A stretch of 64,000 nt of DNA from Patellaria atrata CBS 101060 (GCA_010093705.1 MU006092.1:502623-566622); one strand, 5' to 3'; counted from the first letter of the stretch, positions 50,520-63,714 are shown. Notes: generated by a model not told the origin, from the sequence alone. Numbers and translations are program-made.

Positions 50520-52952
50520 TCATACTCGCAGACGCCCCTCCCTCCACCCCTCCTCGTCCTGCCTGATCCTCAGAGGCCGCGGGTAAAAGTGCGCCGGCGT
50601 CCGACGAGTCGTCTGTTCCGTCTCATCGCTGTACACGCTCTCCCAATCACCCTCCGAGCCCACCGTGCCTCCCCGCGCCGTTTGCGCCCGGGGAAGAGAT
50701 GTGTTGGGAGGAGGTGGAGGGGGGAAGTGTTGGCGATGGAGGGTATGATTTGCGGGGTCGTAGGGGGTGGGGTAAAGGGTCTGATGGGGTGGATGAGTTT
50801 GCTGGGAAGGCGGGGGGAAGGAGTGGTACTGTGGGGTTTCTGGGGAAAGGCGGTGTTGGTGGGCGTATGGTGGAGAGTCGGGGGAGGGGTGGTGGTGTTG
50901 GGTGCGTGGGGGGTAGGGTCCTGGGACGGGCACTGGAGGTTGTAGGCGCGTTGGCGGTGGCTGGGATGGGTGGAAGTATTGCTGTCTGTCTCCGTACATC
51001 TGCGGGTTATGAGCGTCGAGCGACGCGCTGGTGTAGTTGATTGGGGTGTTGATGTGTGGAGAAGTCGACGGTGAGGTGCTATGGTTTGTGGGGGTGGTGG
51101 ATTTGGGTTCCATGATGAGCTTTGGGGTCCGTGTGGTAGCGGGGAGCTCTATGGGGATTGAAGAGTGCTGCTTGGACTGCTTTGTCTTCCGGCGCTTGAT
51201 ACAGAGCCAGAGCAGGGTAAGAAGGAGAATGAGGCTGATGATACCTCCTATAGTACCACCCGCAATTGCCCCTATGTTAGTCTTATCAGGTCTACTTGTA
51301 GGAGTCGGGGATGCCGTTGAAGTAGGGATGGTTCGAGTGGGAGATCGAGCACTGAAGGAAGGGATCCTGGAGAAATAGACTGGAAGGTCTCGATGCGACC
51401 ATTCTGCAGGACCCTTGAGAGTTGCTCCTCCAGATCCACTGCCTTAATTAGTCATTGTCGCAAAGAGTGTATAAATATACGACTTACTCTCCACCCACTT
51501 CTGCAACGATTACGTCCGGAACGGTATACTTCATAATTTTCGGATAGAAGATATCCCAAGTAGCACCCGCAGGTCCATTTGCTCCCAGGTTCATGTTATG
51601 AGTACCCCACGTGTCTGGAGAGTCGCAGGAATTACTAATGGGAAATGTTCCACCAATGATTAACATCTGGGCTCCTGATATAACGTTACAACTCATGGAA
51701 TGGTGGGGGGCACCTTCTCCGGGTTCTGTTGGCCACCATTTAATCCAAGTAAATGAAGGTAAACTGAGGATATAGACATCGTCAAAACCGATCGCATCTG
51801 GAGGAACTCCTAATCCACCATAGAGATAACTATGATTAGTCAGTCAGGTAAGATCTTTCCTTTTCCTTCCACCAATTCTAAATCATGGCTTACATATTGT
51901 ATGACGATTGATCCTCCGGCCAGGTAACACCGGCGCAAAATTTTCTGCGCATCTCTGGAATCTCACCGCTCGCATTCTGTTTATACCACTTTGCCGAATT
52001 GAGGTCGTAAACGTAAATTTCCTGCAAGTCTTAGACACTCTGTGGGTTTTTACAGCAAAATTGCACTTACACTCATATTTGACTATAATGCTAATCAGCA
52101 GTGGACATTTCAACCTTAGAAGGAACTTACTCCTACAACCGTTCCATTTCTGAAAGGGTCCAAGATACCACCGAAGTAGATAAGTAGACCACCATCTGAT
52201 GCTGGAAGATACACCATGACTCCTTCGGCTCTACCAGTACTATCTGGTCCCGTGAAATTTGACCAAGTGTCTTCGATTAAATTGTATCGTATTATCGTGT
52301 TTGTCGCTACAGGATCTCCTGTCCACCCAGGTACTGTCTTGTTGTTCAACCAGCCTCCTAGATAATACCCCTCTGCACGTTCATTTACCGTAACGCCGGC
52401 TCCATATGAAACGCGCTGTATTGAATTTAGAACCTCTCTCTGATCCCATCGATCGTAGAGGGTGTCGTACGACCAGAAGGTGAAGTCTTCGGGAATATCT
52501 GAATGCTCTCCCCCATAGAGGTAGAGCATTTTGTTAACCTCATCTGCCCAAAGAATTCCACCTGAGACATCCGGGACAGGACCGTCCTTCGTCAAATTTG
52601 CATATAACTGCGGCATACCGCCCTATGTACACTTAGTAGTGAAATGAAAGATGGTGCATATTTCGTACACGATTAGTCACGTCAAGGTCATTGTAAAGCA
52701 TTGCTTGATCTAAATTTATTTTAGTGAGGTAGGACTCTTCTGGTTTGATACATATCTCTTACTAGTAAAATTGAGGGGGTTATCTGCAAGAGACTTCCAG
52801 TTCAGCTTACCACCATCGATATACAGTCTACGGTCAATGACTGCGGTCTGGTGGCCAAAGCGGCGGCAAAAATCATTCAAAGGATCTCTTGCTCTCGATA
52901 GATGGAGAAGGGTCAAGCTGAATAGAATGAATTTTATAAAATAATACGACAT
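50520..52952 (-). CDS. Type I membrane kelch-repeat protein with Pro/His-rich cytoplasmic tail, multi-exon
   Basis: Signal peptide, FCRRFGHQTAVIDRRLYIDGG, repeated LYLYGG/YYLGG/IYFGG/LIIGG blades, TM GAIAGGTIGGIISLILLLTLLWLC followed by KRRK. Confidence 0.85.
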
Positions 52953-54132
52953 GATCGTGATGATGATGATCGCTACGTGAAATACCGTAGGACAACAATC
53001 ATTGGGACAGCAAAGCTCCCCCAAAAGGGTGAGGATGTCTCAAGCTCACCACGCAAGCAATGGAAAGATGTTGCTGTCTGAAATAAAGAGAAGGAATAAC
53101 AAAACGTGATAGAGACAACGGATGTTAGAAGGTCCCATTCTTGCATAGGGACTGGGGGATTTCCTACTCCAGCTTACGCTCAATATACGCCTAGTCGGTA
53201 CGAGATGCGATGCGAAGGTCGTGCGACAGGATTTTCCGGAGAGCCCGCAGGTTCCAGGGAGTTGTTCCACCATAATGGGTTGAGCTTGTCCATAGTAAGA
53301 GCAGCATTGTGGTACAGATGTTCTTGATCGACATCATGAAGCGAGGTAGAACGGTTCGAAGACGTAGATTTTTGGGCGTTAGAGAAGATTCAAAGCTGAT
53401 TTGTTAAGACCGAACTGGGTGGCTTTCCAACCAAGCCCAAGGAATTGACGTCTTATGAGTTGTAATTGGATCGATATCAAGTAGGAAATACCAATTATCA
53501 CTATAACATGTACTGCATTCGCTGTGAGAATGAGCCAGCTTCCATTTTCCGGACTGCGAAAGAACTAGAACACAAAACTTCGGAGAACGTTGTGGTGGAG
53601 AAGATAGTGAGTACAAGAAATTCTAGCTAAGGACCTAAATCGTAATATTTAACGAAATTCTCCGACTTTTGGCAGCGAGGCTTCTCAGCTTTGATGCACC
53701 AGCTGAATCTGCGGTTTGACATCATTATCGCTAAAGGACTGATTTTTGGTTGCCTACTGATTTTACTCTGAATATGAAAGTAGAACGGTCGAGCTATTCA
53801 TAGCATCAAAACTCGTATAAGTGAAAGTATAGCCTGGCGATGGTAAATGTATTGGAAGTTCTAGTGCACGACGTAGAGGACCCATTCGCTCGTTCCGATT
53901 ATATTCAGCCACACTGTGGGGGCTGAAATGTAAGAAACAATTGGTGGACTCAAGTGCAACCTATCGAATCTTGATTCAATCGTTGAAGAATTTAGGAACG
54001 GAGAAATCTCTGAGACGGGAATAAACTCCACTAGGACCAGTGATGATCTTCTATTGGTATACTTGCTTCCCTCTGTCGACGCCTTGGATGCCTTCCCAAC
54101 GTACAGGGTCCAAAAATTTATCCGCGGAACTT

Positions 54133-55464
54133 TTAGAGGGCACACGGAAGTGTCCTCTCGAGAAACTCATTCAGGATCTCATCATGCTTTCCTAAGCCTT
54201 GAAGAGCATCTGACCAGCTACGTATCTCATGAAGTTTCTTGCCTTGAAGATTAAGTTCCGCAGACTCGACAGCTCCATCGCGAGAGTGAAGAGCGATATC
54301 GAGAATAACACCATTGCGGACATTCATTGTAATATCGAACTACAGTATGCTTTTAGCTCGCTCGAAAAAAAATACCGGTAGCTTGCTCAGTACTTACACC
54401 AAGGCCCGGTACAGCATGTTGTGGGGAAATATCTTGGCCACTCGTAGAGAATTTGAAGCGGGGGGTCTGACTGAATGTCCAGTCCAGGCTCTATCTAACA
54501 GTTAGAAATAAACTATTAAACAGACGTCTCCCCGTACTTTGAGCTCTTCATAACTCTTACGAATTTCCGGAATATCTAACTGTTCCTCCCCAACTTCATA
54601 TGCAGCTAAACGTTTTGGCGAGCGGTAATACAACTCCTCGAAATGCTCCTGGACACGATGCTGGAAATCTTCATTGGTTATATCAACATTGGTGACCGGA
54701 GAGCTAACGCTCTCAACGCCTTTGGCCTGGATGTATGGTTTTGCCGGAGATCGTAGATATTGAGGGATGACACTAAGATTAGGAGAAGACAATAAACAAG
54801 TTGCATGGTGTAAAGCCCGAGTACGTGTTAGTTTATACGCGGAGCCAGAAATCTTCAATGGTCTAGGATCGGATTCATTTGTCGCGGTATAAGGTGTCTT
54901 ATGCGTATTATTATTGTCCATCTCCACCTTTTCACGTCCCTGATCTAGTACAATATCATGCCGTTCATTGACCCTGGCTCTTTCTATGCTCAAGCTGCGC
55001 AGTGCTCGGACTACCATCTCTGCATGTTTGTCTCTTGTAAAATCCGATGGCGGACATATCACCGACCAATTCACGTTGCCTTCATCGTGAAAGACCGTGC
55101 CGCCTCCTGACCGTCGCCGTACTAGGTCGATATTTGTTACGGTTGGAGCTTTCGTCTCATCCCTCATCGCAGATATTCCCGCCTTTATCGCTATAAGATT
55201 AACCTCTAGCCATGGGTTTTGATTGCGTCCAATTATTACACTCGGACGATTTGTGTATAGAAATAGGACTCTTGATTCCGGGGGAGATTTTTGAAGAAGG
55301 TAATGCTCGATCGAAAGATTTAGGTAGGGATCGAGCGAACGCGAGATGTACGATTGAACCAAAAGGTTCTGACTGATGACCCGCTCCGGAAACGAAGAAA
55401 AGGTGCATCCCCATATTCCTTGGGATTTTCTCAATTGGTTTATTAGACCTCTAGAGGGCGCCAT
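54133..55464 (-). CDS. AIM22: Lipoate-protein ligase A family (Aim22/Lip3-like), 3 exons
   Basis: [44 protein letters not shown]. Confidence 0.88.
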
Positions 55465-55950
55465 CGATAATATTTGGAGCTTCAAAGAAGGTCTACTAAC
55501 CGTGGCAAGGGAGCTCGTCCCCGGCCCCCGGACTACGGATATTTCCCGAATGGACATAGCGCAGAGAGCTATTTCGAACTGGAAATGCTCTTGCTTTTGA
55601 ACTTCAGAACTCACCCGAATTCAACACTCCAAAATCTTCCGGTCCTTGTAATCTTGTTGATCTAACAGAGAGTCATGTTTATGTCAGAGATGAGTAGTGC
55701 GAATGGTACAGTATAGCACATTGCGCGACACCACCTTCTTACAGAATAGTTAATCCAGGTAGTCACATCGCGGAAATGTCAGGTATCTTGAGTATGAATG
55801 ATCAAACTTCAGACAAATAATATACAACAACTCATTCTAAGTTCAAAGAAACAATTTAATTTACTCATTCTAAAATTTCATCCATCAGAACCTCAAGTAT
55901 CCATTTCATACCAGTCCCACGTTCGAATAGCATATGACCTATCCACCCTT

Positions 55951-57803
55951 TTAATCCTTCACTTTGTGGTCTTTCCCTTTGCACTTCTTGTAGTGATGAG
56001 TGCTCTTACGGTATGGCTTTTCGTTGGTCTTACCAACCTTGAAATGAAAAGGGCGGGCTTTATCTTTCTTGAACTTAGATTTGCTGCAGTATTCTGCAAA
56101 ATCCTCAGATGCATAAAGATTAGACGCTTGCAGAAGTGTTTCCGTTTCATCCTTTTCTTTCTTGTAATCCTTGCTATCCCATGAGAATCCACCGCACATG
56201 CACGGGTAGTTCCTCGATTTATTCCGGCGGATACTGGAAATCGCTTCGCCGCGAGGATTTCGACACACGGGGACAGTGAACATACCGGGAATGATATTTT
56301 TGAATTCATTCGTGTGGCTCTTGTCCACGAGCTCCTTTGTGCCGACAGCACTACAAGCCTTATTCCCGAATATCCGATAGTGATCCAGGGAAGAGCGAAC
56401 GATGTCCTCATGAGTGATACCGACTGCATAGGCGAAAGACTTAAGTTCAGAAAGCCTTGCGGTGGTAGGCATTGGCCTTAGTTAAAATGGTTTCTATCCT
56501 GTCGACGACCGATGAAATAGATCCAATATGACCTTTTTGGATTCTCCGGCAAGCAGACATGAATTTGATCAGGTCCTCGAGTGTCCTTTTGGCATCCGCC
56601 TTTTGAGGCATCGGCATCTACAATCCAAACGCGTTCGAAACTCCTGAAAACCGTTAGTACCAGTCAGAGAAGCAAGTGGTGGAAATAACCTACCACAAAA
56701 CGTTGATGGCGGAGCCTATCGACACTTTCTTCATGAGATATTCTATTATTGGCTTTGACATTGGCACATGGCTCCAAGTACAATCCGGTCTTGAAAAGGT
56801 CCACAAGATTGTTCCCATTGCTATCCTTCTGACCACACATGTAGACTCCGAGGTGCTCTGTGAACTCCTCGTGGACCTTGCGACCAAGATTTGAAAACTC
56901 GACACTTAGCCAGTCGGGAACGATATCAGTCAACTTCCTAGAAGCACGTTGTTATGGTTCTAGCAATTAGCTTGAGGGGAAATGCGCAGGCATACTCATC
57001 ATTTGTGACATCGACCAAGACTTTGTTGATCGTCGAATTCGATGCAACCATCGCAACGGAAAAGCTCGTTCAGTCCCTATGGTCGCCGCCTTTGCTCCAG
57101 CAGTGAGGGCCATCAGGGCGAGACCAACTTCTGGTTGCCCTGCAGCCATCAATGCTGAAGCAACTATGGCCATGAAAGCCGTCATCAGTTTCGTTTCGAT
57201 CTTGTGATTTGCCACGACCTTTTTTTGCCGTTCCTTGGGGTCGGTGAACATGGAAACCATATTGGGCGCTTGCACAAAGATATAGGACGCAGCATAATCG
57301 ACGGCATCGTGGGTGATTAATAGCGCATCGTGGAAGTTGCCCAACATCTGGAACGTGTAGAAGGCGAACTTTTTGTCCTCGTCGGAAAGGGTCTTCCTTC
57401 AGATTCTGGCACGATGGCAGCTTTAGGTTATAAATGTTAACATCACTGCAACGCGAAATGTGGATTGGGGAAATTCAAGAGTACTAACGAGACATCCGAA
57501 ACCACCATTGCATGCAACCATGTCTGAGGTGGCATCAGGGGCATAGCGGCGACGTAGATACTCAGAAAAAATAATCCTCTCTTTCGAGGCACCCTTATCC
57601 TTCTGGTAATCTTTCAGTCGGTCACCGATCCATTTTATAATGTCTTTGTTGATCCCCTTGTCCCAGGCCTGTTTGGAAATCCTGGTGATACCGCAACCCA
57701 GGTTATAGACAGCAACTCCACGAGGAATAGACAAAGGCGAGACTAGTCGTCCGAAAGAGAGGATAAATATAAGGCAAAGTGTGAAGAAATGAAGTAACTT
57801 CAT
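55951..57803 (-). pseudogene. Secreted Cys-containing protein of unknown family, apparently frameshifted
   Basis: Signal peptide MKLLHFFTLCLIFILSFG and intact-looking introns, but protein-like sequence needs frame changes near 57070, 56750 and 56480. Confidence 0.6.
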
Positions 57804-57975
57804 GTTTGCGAAATGTATAAGAGTTATTTACTATTATATATATCGGTTGGAGTTCGAGGAGAGTGGGATAGCTGAAGACGAGCGGGAATGAGAACGATGG
57901 ATGATAATGAGAAGGAGAGTCTCTATGGGTGTTTAAATACCTTCCAATGTGGATCCTAGCTACTGCACTTTTCGT

Positions 57976-58380
57976 TGGTGATTTTGACTACGTTACTTTT
58001 CAGTGGGAAGGAACCACCGTTCAGATAGGATTTTGACTGAAACAAATAGGAATTTGACTGAAAGAGAGGAAACTTCCTTAAGATGATCCATGAGAAATAA
58101 CCGTCCATTGTGATTTTGTCTGCGTTACTTCTCAGTGGGACGGTCCACCTTCTCGCATACGATTTTGACTGGGAAAGAGTGGCTTCTTTACGGATGATCC
58201 AAGAACGATGGCTGTCCATTGTGACTTTGACTACTTCCCAAAAAGACCCTGGCTAGGCCCGAGAAAATTTCAACCGCTGAGAGCGTGTCTCCTTCGGTTT
58301 TCCATGGGATATGGTGCCCTTTACCATTTTGACTACTTCTAGGAGGAATCTTTCTGGGCCTAGATAGGAATTCAAGATTC
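57976..58380. repeat. Diverged ~111-bp tandem repeat, about 3.5 units
   Basis: GTGA(T/C)TTTG at 57978, 58110 and 58221; TTTTGACTAC again at 58327; shared GTTACTT.TCAGTGGGA and GATGATCCA blocks. Confidence 0.8.
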
Positions 58381-59676
58381 AAAGTTGAAAGAAGTAGAGA
58401 ATCCACGAATACGCAGACTGTTAGGTCTCCCAGCGTCCTTAAAAGATTGTGACATTGAAAAAGAGAAAAATTGGAATAGTGAGCCGTAAATCTTTATCCA
58501 CGTTCACGTGTCATTGCTCAGGTAAGTCACTTCGTGAGACATAGGTTCAAGAAATCCGGACCTTTGGAAGATGTACATTGCAGTGCACTTCCTTTCCAGT
58601 TCTTCTCATACGGGATAGATTTTAGGTGAGGGGCAAGGGACAAAAACATTCTCCGCGTTTGATTATCTTCAGAGATCTTGCCATCGATATTATCGGCAAA
58701 AGGCTTCTATACGAAGACCATACAACGCAGCACGTTCAACAATATGCCCTATTTCTAAGGAAAGCAGCTTCGAAAGATGAGGCAGATGGTACCAATGTCT
58801 CCATGTCCAATGATTAGTTTAATAATCAAAGTGAAGAAAGTAATACAAGATTTCTAAGTGATAAAACACACTGGCTTTGATGGATTCTGTGGACACACGA
58901 CCGATCGATATCGTCCCAAAGGGGAACTGGGCGGTCAACCCGCATCGATAGTCATCTTTGGACGTGAGTTGCGGATGGTATCTTCCTCCTGACGAACGCA
59001 TGTCCCGGTGTTGACGCCGCTAAGGGAGGGTTATGACATCCCTGATTTGAGAGGAAGAAGGTAAGGTATAGTTACTCGTGGAATGGTTACAACAGAAGCG
59101 ATGGGCTTTCCGGTCCGTTGAGGTAAGATGTTCGGGCGGATGTACGAGATGTAACGTCGAACGTCTGGTGAGACTGAGGATGGGTAAGGCGTAGCACTGG
59201 ATAATTGTTAGAATAATTGTCATCCCTCGTAATCATAGTGATATTATATTCCAGCATATCCTAGCTCTTAACGTGAAATGAATAAGCTGGAAACAAGTAG
59301 GCTGGAAAAAAGATACGTATAGGAATTGATTCTTCAGTTTCAAGGCTATCTGATGATGAATAAGTTAGTATAAAAGAGCACATGAACATAGATGTCTTCC
59401 GAGTTTATTTTGCAACGATGATATAATAGACTGGCGGTGAGAAGTAAAAAGGGAGAGAAAAGTAATGTTGACTAAAGAAGAGAGTTATGAACAGAAAATG
59501 AAGAATGAGGATCTTCTTAACCTGCTTGATTCGGGTTCCCAGCTGAATAGTATACCAACGGAGTAAGAAGGATTCCTCACTACTAGCTTGCAACAGGACT
59601 CAGTCAATAACGGCTCTTGTTTCAAATCATTGATATCGATCTCTTCTAAAGACTCCGTAGTTTTCACGACCAAGTA

Positions 59677-60308
59677 TTACATCTCTACTCCACGCATGAG
59701 GTCCTTCAGAATGCCAATTTCCGCCTCTGCACCCGCCAGGTTGAGCCGTAGGTCATTCCTCTCTTTAGTCATAGTCTCTAAGGCGGCTTCTAGTTCAGAA
59801 ATCCTGTCTAGACGCTTTTGTCGGTAACGGCGTGCGGCTGCATTGTTTTCCTCGCGACGAATTGACTTTTTACTTGACCCGCTATCGGACTTCTTGAAGT
59901 GCATTGGGGCGATATTTGAGAGTATATGGTCGGTTTGATGATTGTGGGGTGGTTTAGGCAAAAGGTTCGGCCAGGGTTGCCAGGCGAGAGGTTGGATGGA
60001 TATAGGGGTACTGAGTGGAATGGGGTGGTGTTCGGGTTCAACCGATAGGGATAAAGGATTGAAGGTATCTATATCCTGAAAACTTCCGGTTCTATCTGTA
60101 GCGTCTGCTGAGAAAGGCATATCAAGCTGGCCGGAAGAGGGGCCCTGCAGGTCGGCGCATCGTTCGTATTCATTTGGTTGAGTACTTCCATTTCCCCAGG
60201 TCTCTATTATGTTGTCGTCTCCACCGAAATCAATTCCTCTATTTGAATACCTATCGATGATACCTAGCAGTCCGTGACTATCATCCCACCCCACAGCAGC
60301 GGGTCCAT
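59677..60308 (-). CDS. bZIP transcription factor (JlbA/IDI-4-like basic region); start ambiguous
   Basis: NNAAARRYRQKRLDRISELEAAL...ERNDLRLNLA basic region plus zipper at the C-terminus. Confidence 0.8.
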
Positions 60309-60719
60309 TGAACGAGATAGGTCTGAGAGGAAGGAGTGAAGCACAAATCCAGGGTATCGTTGTTTGAGCGTGAGCATGTTTGCAAGGTGATGTGGCCCCA
60401 GAGATGAGGCCAGTCTTTCTCTTTTCAAGGGGTATGAAGATATATCAATTGACACAATGTAGATGGAAGTATGTTCAATATATACGCCTTGAAACTGTAT
60501 AACAGAAATTGACGGGAGATGGGAAACGATGACCGCATTCTAGGTCTGCTCACCGTGATGCACGGGCCGCTGCATCGCTTTCCCTCTCCTGTCCTAGATC
60601 TTTCACCAAAAGTATGAAAGCACATTAATAGCAGCGAACCATATCATAACGATGTCTTCACAGCTCAGCTGTATACTTGAAACTATCATCTTAGTTGCTC
60701 CTCTTGGAAAAAGATGTCT

Positions 60720-62527
60720 TTAAAGCTTCCGTCTAAACTCCAACCGGGCCTCTGGATCTGCTGATATCTCAAAGCCATAGTGTATTGTTTTAGGGAAGTG
60801 ACCATCCTTTAACCGTACGTTGAAATTAAGGAGAATGACGGTTATTGCGGTCTTAATCTCACCTACTGCGAAGAAATGACCTAGACAAATCGCCTTACCC
60901 ATACCGAATGCAAAATGCTCTGGGGTAGAGAAGGCAGCAGAGGCCGTGTTCGCCCCTGTGTCTCCTTTTTGTTGTAATTTCAAGAATCTGTAACCATCAA
61001 ATGCATTCGGCTTATCATATATCTGCGGATTTCGAAATTCAGATACGTGGATGGAGACGTTGCTTCCTCGTGGCAGTACCTTACTATTGGGCATTCTAAC
61101 ATTACAGATAGCTTTTCGCTCCAGGTTGACTTTGGAGCCGACATAGATTAACCCGCGTAAGAAAACATAATTTGAGAAGGAATGCTAACCTATGGAGATA
61201 GGTTTTAGCCTTTGCGTTTCTTTGATGACACTGTCAAGCAGCGGTATATGAAATAGTCCAGCAGTCGTTCAACCATGGTGTGAAATGGCGCTGGCAACCT
61301 CCTCCTAAAGAGGCTTCATGAGTTCCGGGTGTGAAAAATTGGCCATCATGGTCTGCTTCAGCAATTCAGAAGTTGTGAAAACGCTAGCCATGGCCAAACC
61401 CACTTGCGCAGCCATAACATCATATGGACGGCCAGCGGCAGTCTTTTGCAGTCATGTAATGGTATCATCGTATCTCTCTGGATTACCACCTTCACTTATT
61501 GGTCGCCTTGCCGCGCTAGCTCTTGTATCAAGGACACTCTGAATAATACCGCGTGCGTTTTTAACTTCTACCCGACAAGATCTGCAAGCAGACGGAAACC
61601 AATGGACATAAGGTCTCGACCATCTAGGCCAAGAATTGAGTGCTCGCACGGCCATGAACATTTTTGTAGCGTAATATATGGCGGTTTGCTGCCATCTTGG
61701 ATTTCGAGCCAGGTCCGAACCTACAAAGACTAAAACGGACATGAGCCCAATGAAACTAACGCCGTCCTTAGACCAGTCAATATCATACCAGGCTAATATA
61801 TAATTTGTTATTAGGCTTTTTTTTTTTTACAGAGCACGGGAGATACACCTGCCTGTCTCGTTTGTCCATACTTCGACTACCGCTTCGGATATGTGCTCAT
61901 AGAATTAGTAGACTTCTATCGTGGAGCGGCGTTAGCTGAGACATATAGCTGAGCGGATTGGGAATTCAAACGTACGTGGATGTGCTAGCTTAGTTTTCAC
62001 AACGCTGATGAGTATACCATGGGGCTCGGATACAGCAGTTGTGCCTTCGAATCCTGCATAACCAGCAAATAACGCCTAAGCCTTTCAGTCCCTTATTACG
62101 CTAGTGATCAAGCATCTTACGGACTTCGGATACAAAAGCTTGACGATCAAGGTCAGGGGAGTTCTTAAGCCAGTCGATCCACTCAGCCGGGACAATAAAT
62201 CTGGATCCTGGGGTCGTGATGATGCGAAATGGTCCATTGAACTACAGTTACCGTCAGTTGAGGCTACTTCTCTGCTGGGAATAGGAATCCACATACCCTT
62301 CGAAAGCCTTCGATGATCAAACCGTTTGCGTCTTTCAGGAAAGCCTCATGGGCCTTCTCACGAGTCCAATCCCAAGGGTAGGCATTGATGACGGGGATAC
62401 TGTCCGTCCTAGAGAAATTAAGGAATATAAGACTGAGAACAAGGCTCGAAAAAGAAACTAGTAGAGCGATCTTGAACTAGGTAAGTAATTTAGGGCATAA
62501 AGTGTTTCCTATCAGCTCAGGCATCAT
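60720..62527 (-). pseudogene. Cytochrome P450 pseudogene (ent-kaurene-oxidase-like secondary-metabolism type)
   Basis: LDSVIKETQR (ExxR), FDGYRF, FGMGKAICLGHFFA heme motif; five in-frame stops. Confidence 0.88.
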
Positions 62528-63237
62528 GATAGTAGGAGATTCAGCTATATTATTTGGCTTCTTATCTCAAATATAGCTGGCAAACGAGGAACCTTACTCC
62601 ATCTTATAGAGTACAGATTCATAGGTATTGTGTTGATACTTAGACGATTGGATGAACTGGGCTATTTGATTAGTTCGAGTTGATGATTCAAGACAGCATC
62701 ACGATGAACCATCACTTTCTTCCAATACTATTGGCCGAGTCACCACCAAGACCCTCGAGCATTTTGACAAGTACAAGGGTGTTTGTTTCTGGTGAATGTC
62801 AATTTGGACTACCTAGATTTCACACTTTGATATCATTCAGTGGAAAATAAACCAAAAAAGCTATAGTCATCTTCACCGCCCTCCACAGACCACATAGCAT
62901 TTGAGAAGACGATGTGCCTGTAAGGCCACCAGTGTCGCACATGTCCTTTCTAACATATGCGGTTAGAACTAGATCTACATAGTACTTCCGCACTCTTAGG
63001 CAGTTCCCACTCATTCATCTTTTGGGATTCTTCCATTCTTCATATTTATGAGCTCTAGGGTCACGATATACTACCGATCAATCTGTCTAATTCCGGATAC
63101 ACTAGGTAATAACTTGTTGGACTCCGTACAAAGCTTCTACTGTAGTCCCTAGTTCTCCTGGTGCATTAGAACTAGTCTAGAGTTCGGTTCGTCATCCTGG
63201 ATCCCCCTCCAACCCTTCTCCCGTCCCAAGTTGCTTC

Positions 63238-63278
63238 CCACCACCACCACCACCACCACCATCACCATCACCACTACC
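63238..63278. repeat. (CCA)n microsatellite, imperfect
   Basis: Directly visible. Confidence 0.9.
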
Positions 63279-63714
63279 GCGATAGGGGTCGGAAATAGTA
63301 GAAGCATAGGAAGATATAGCGCCGCAATTCACCTACAGTAGTCGAAGCTAGAGATGCATAGAACTATGCAGTTCTCCCTTCCCGACTGTCGCCACGAGGG
63401 CGGGAATCCTGTCCGACAGCACCTCGTCTTCGATCGATTCCGTTGATTCGTTGCGCAAAACGCCTTCTCCTGTCGCCGAGAAAGAGTAACGCAGAAGTTC
63501 TTTTTCAGGTTGGCACATCAGCAGCCTAAAGAACGGTAGATGCATCCGTCTCACCCTCGGGTCGGTATATAAAGTATGCTGTGCCTCTCGGATACAGTAG
63601 CGATACATTGTTGCGCCATTGTTCGTTAAACAAGACTATAATACCCGTCTTGATTTATTTCCTTACTCTGAAAGAAATTTGAACTACAGAGAACAATTCG
63701 AAGAATACTACGAT

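Noticed and set aside
57976..58380. CRISPR-like array or Kex2-processed RiPP precursor
   Set aside because: Eukaryotic context, units similar along their whole length with no unique spacers, no signal peptide or regular KR sites.
62076..62078. Apparent additional TAG stop in the P450
   Set aside because: It is the acceptor of an intron beginning GTCCGT; spliced sequence reads AFVSE/ALFAGY.
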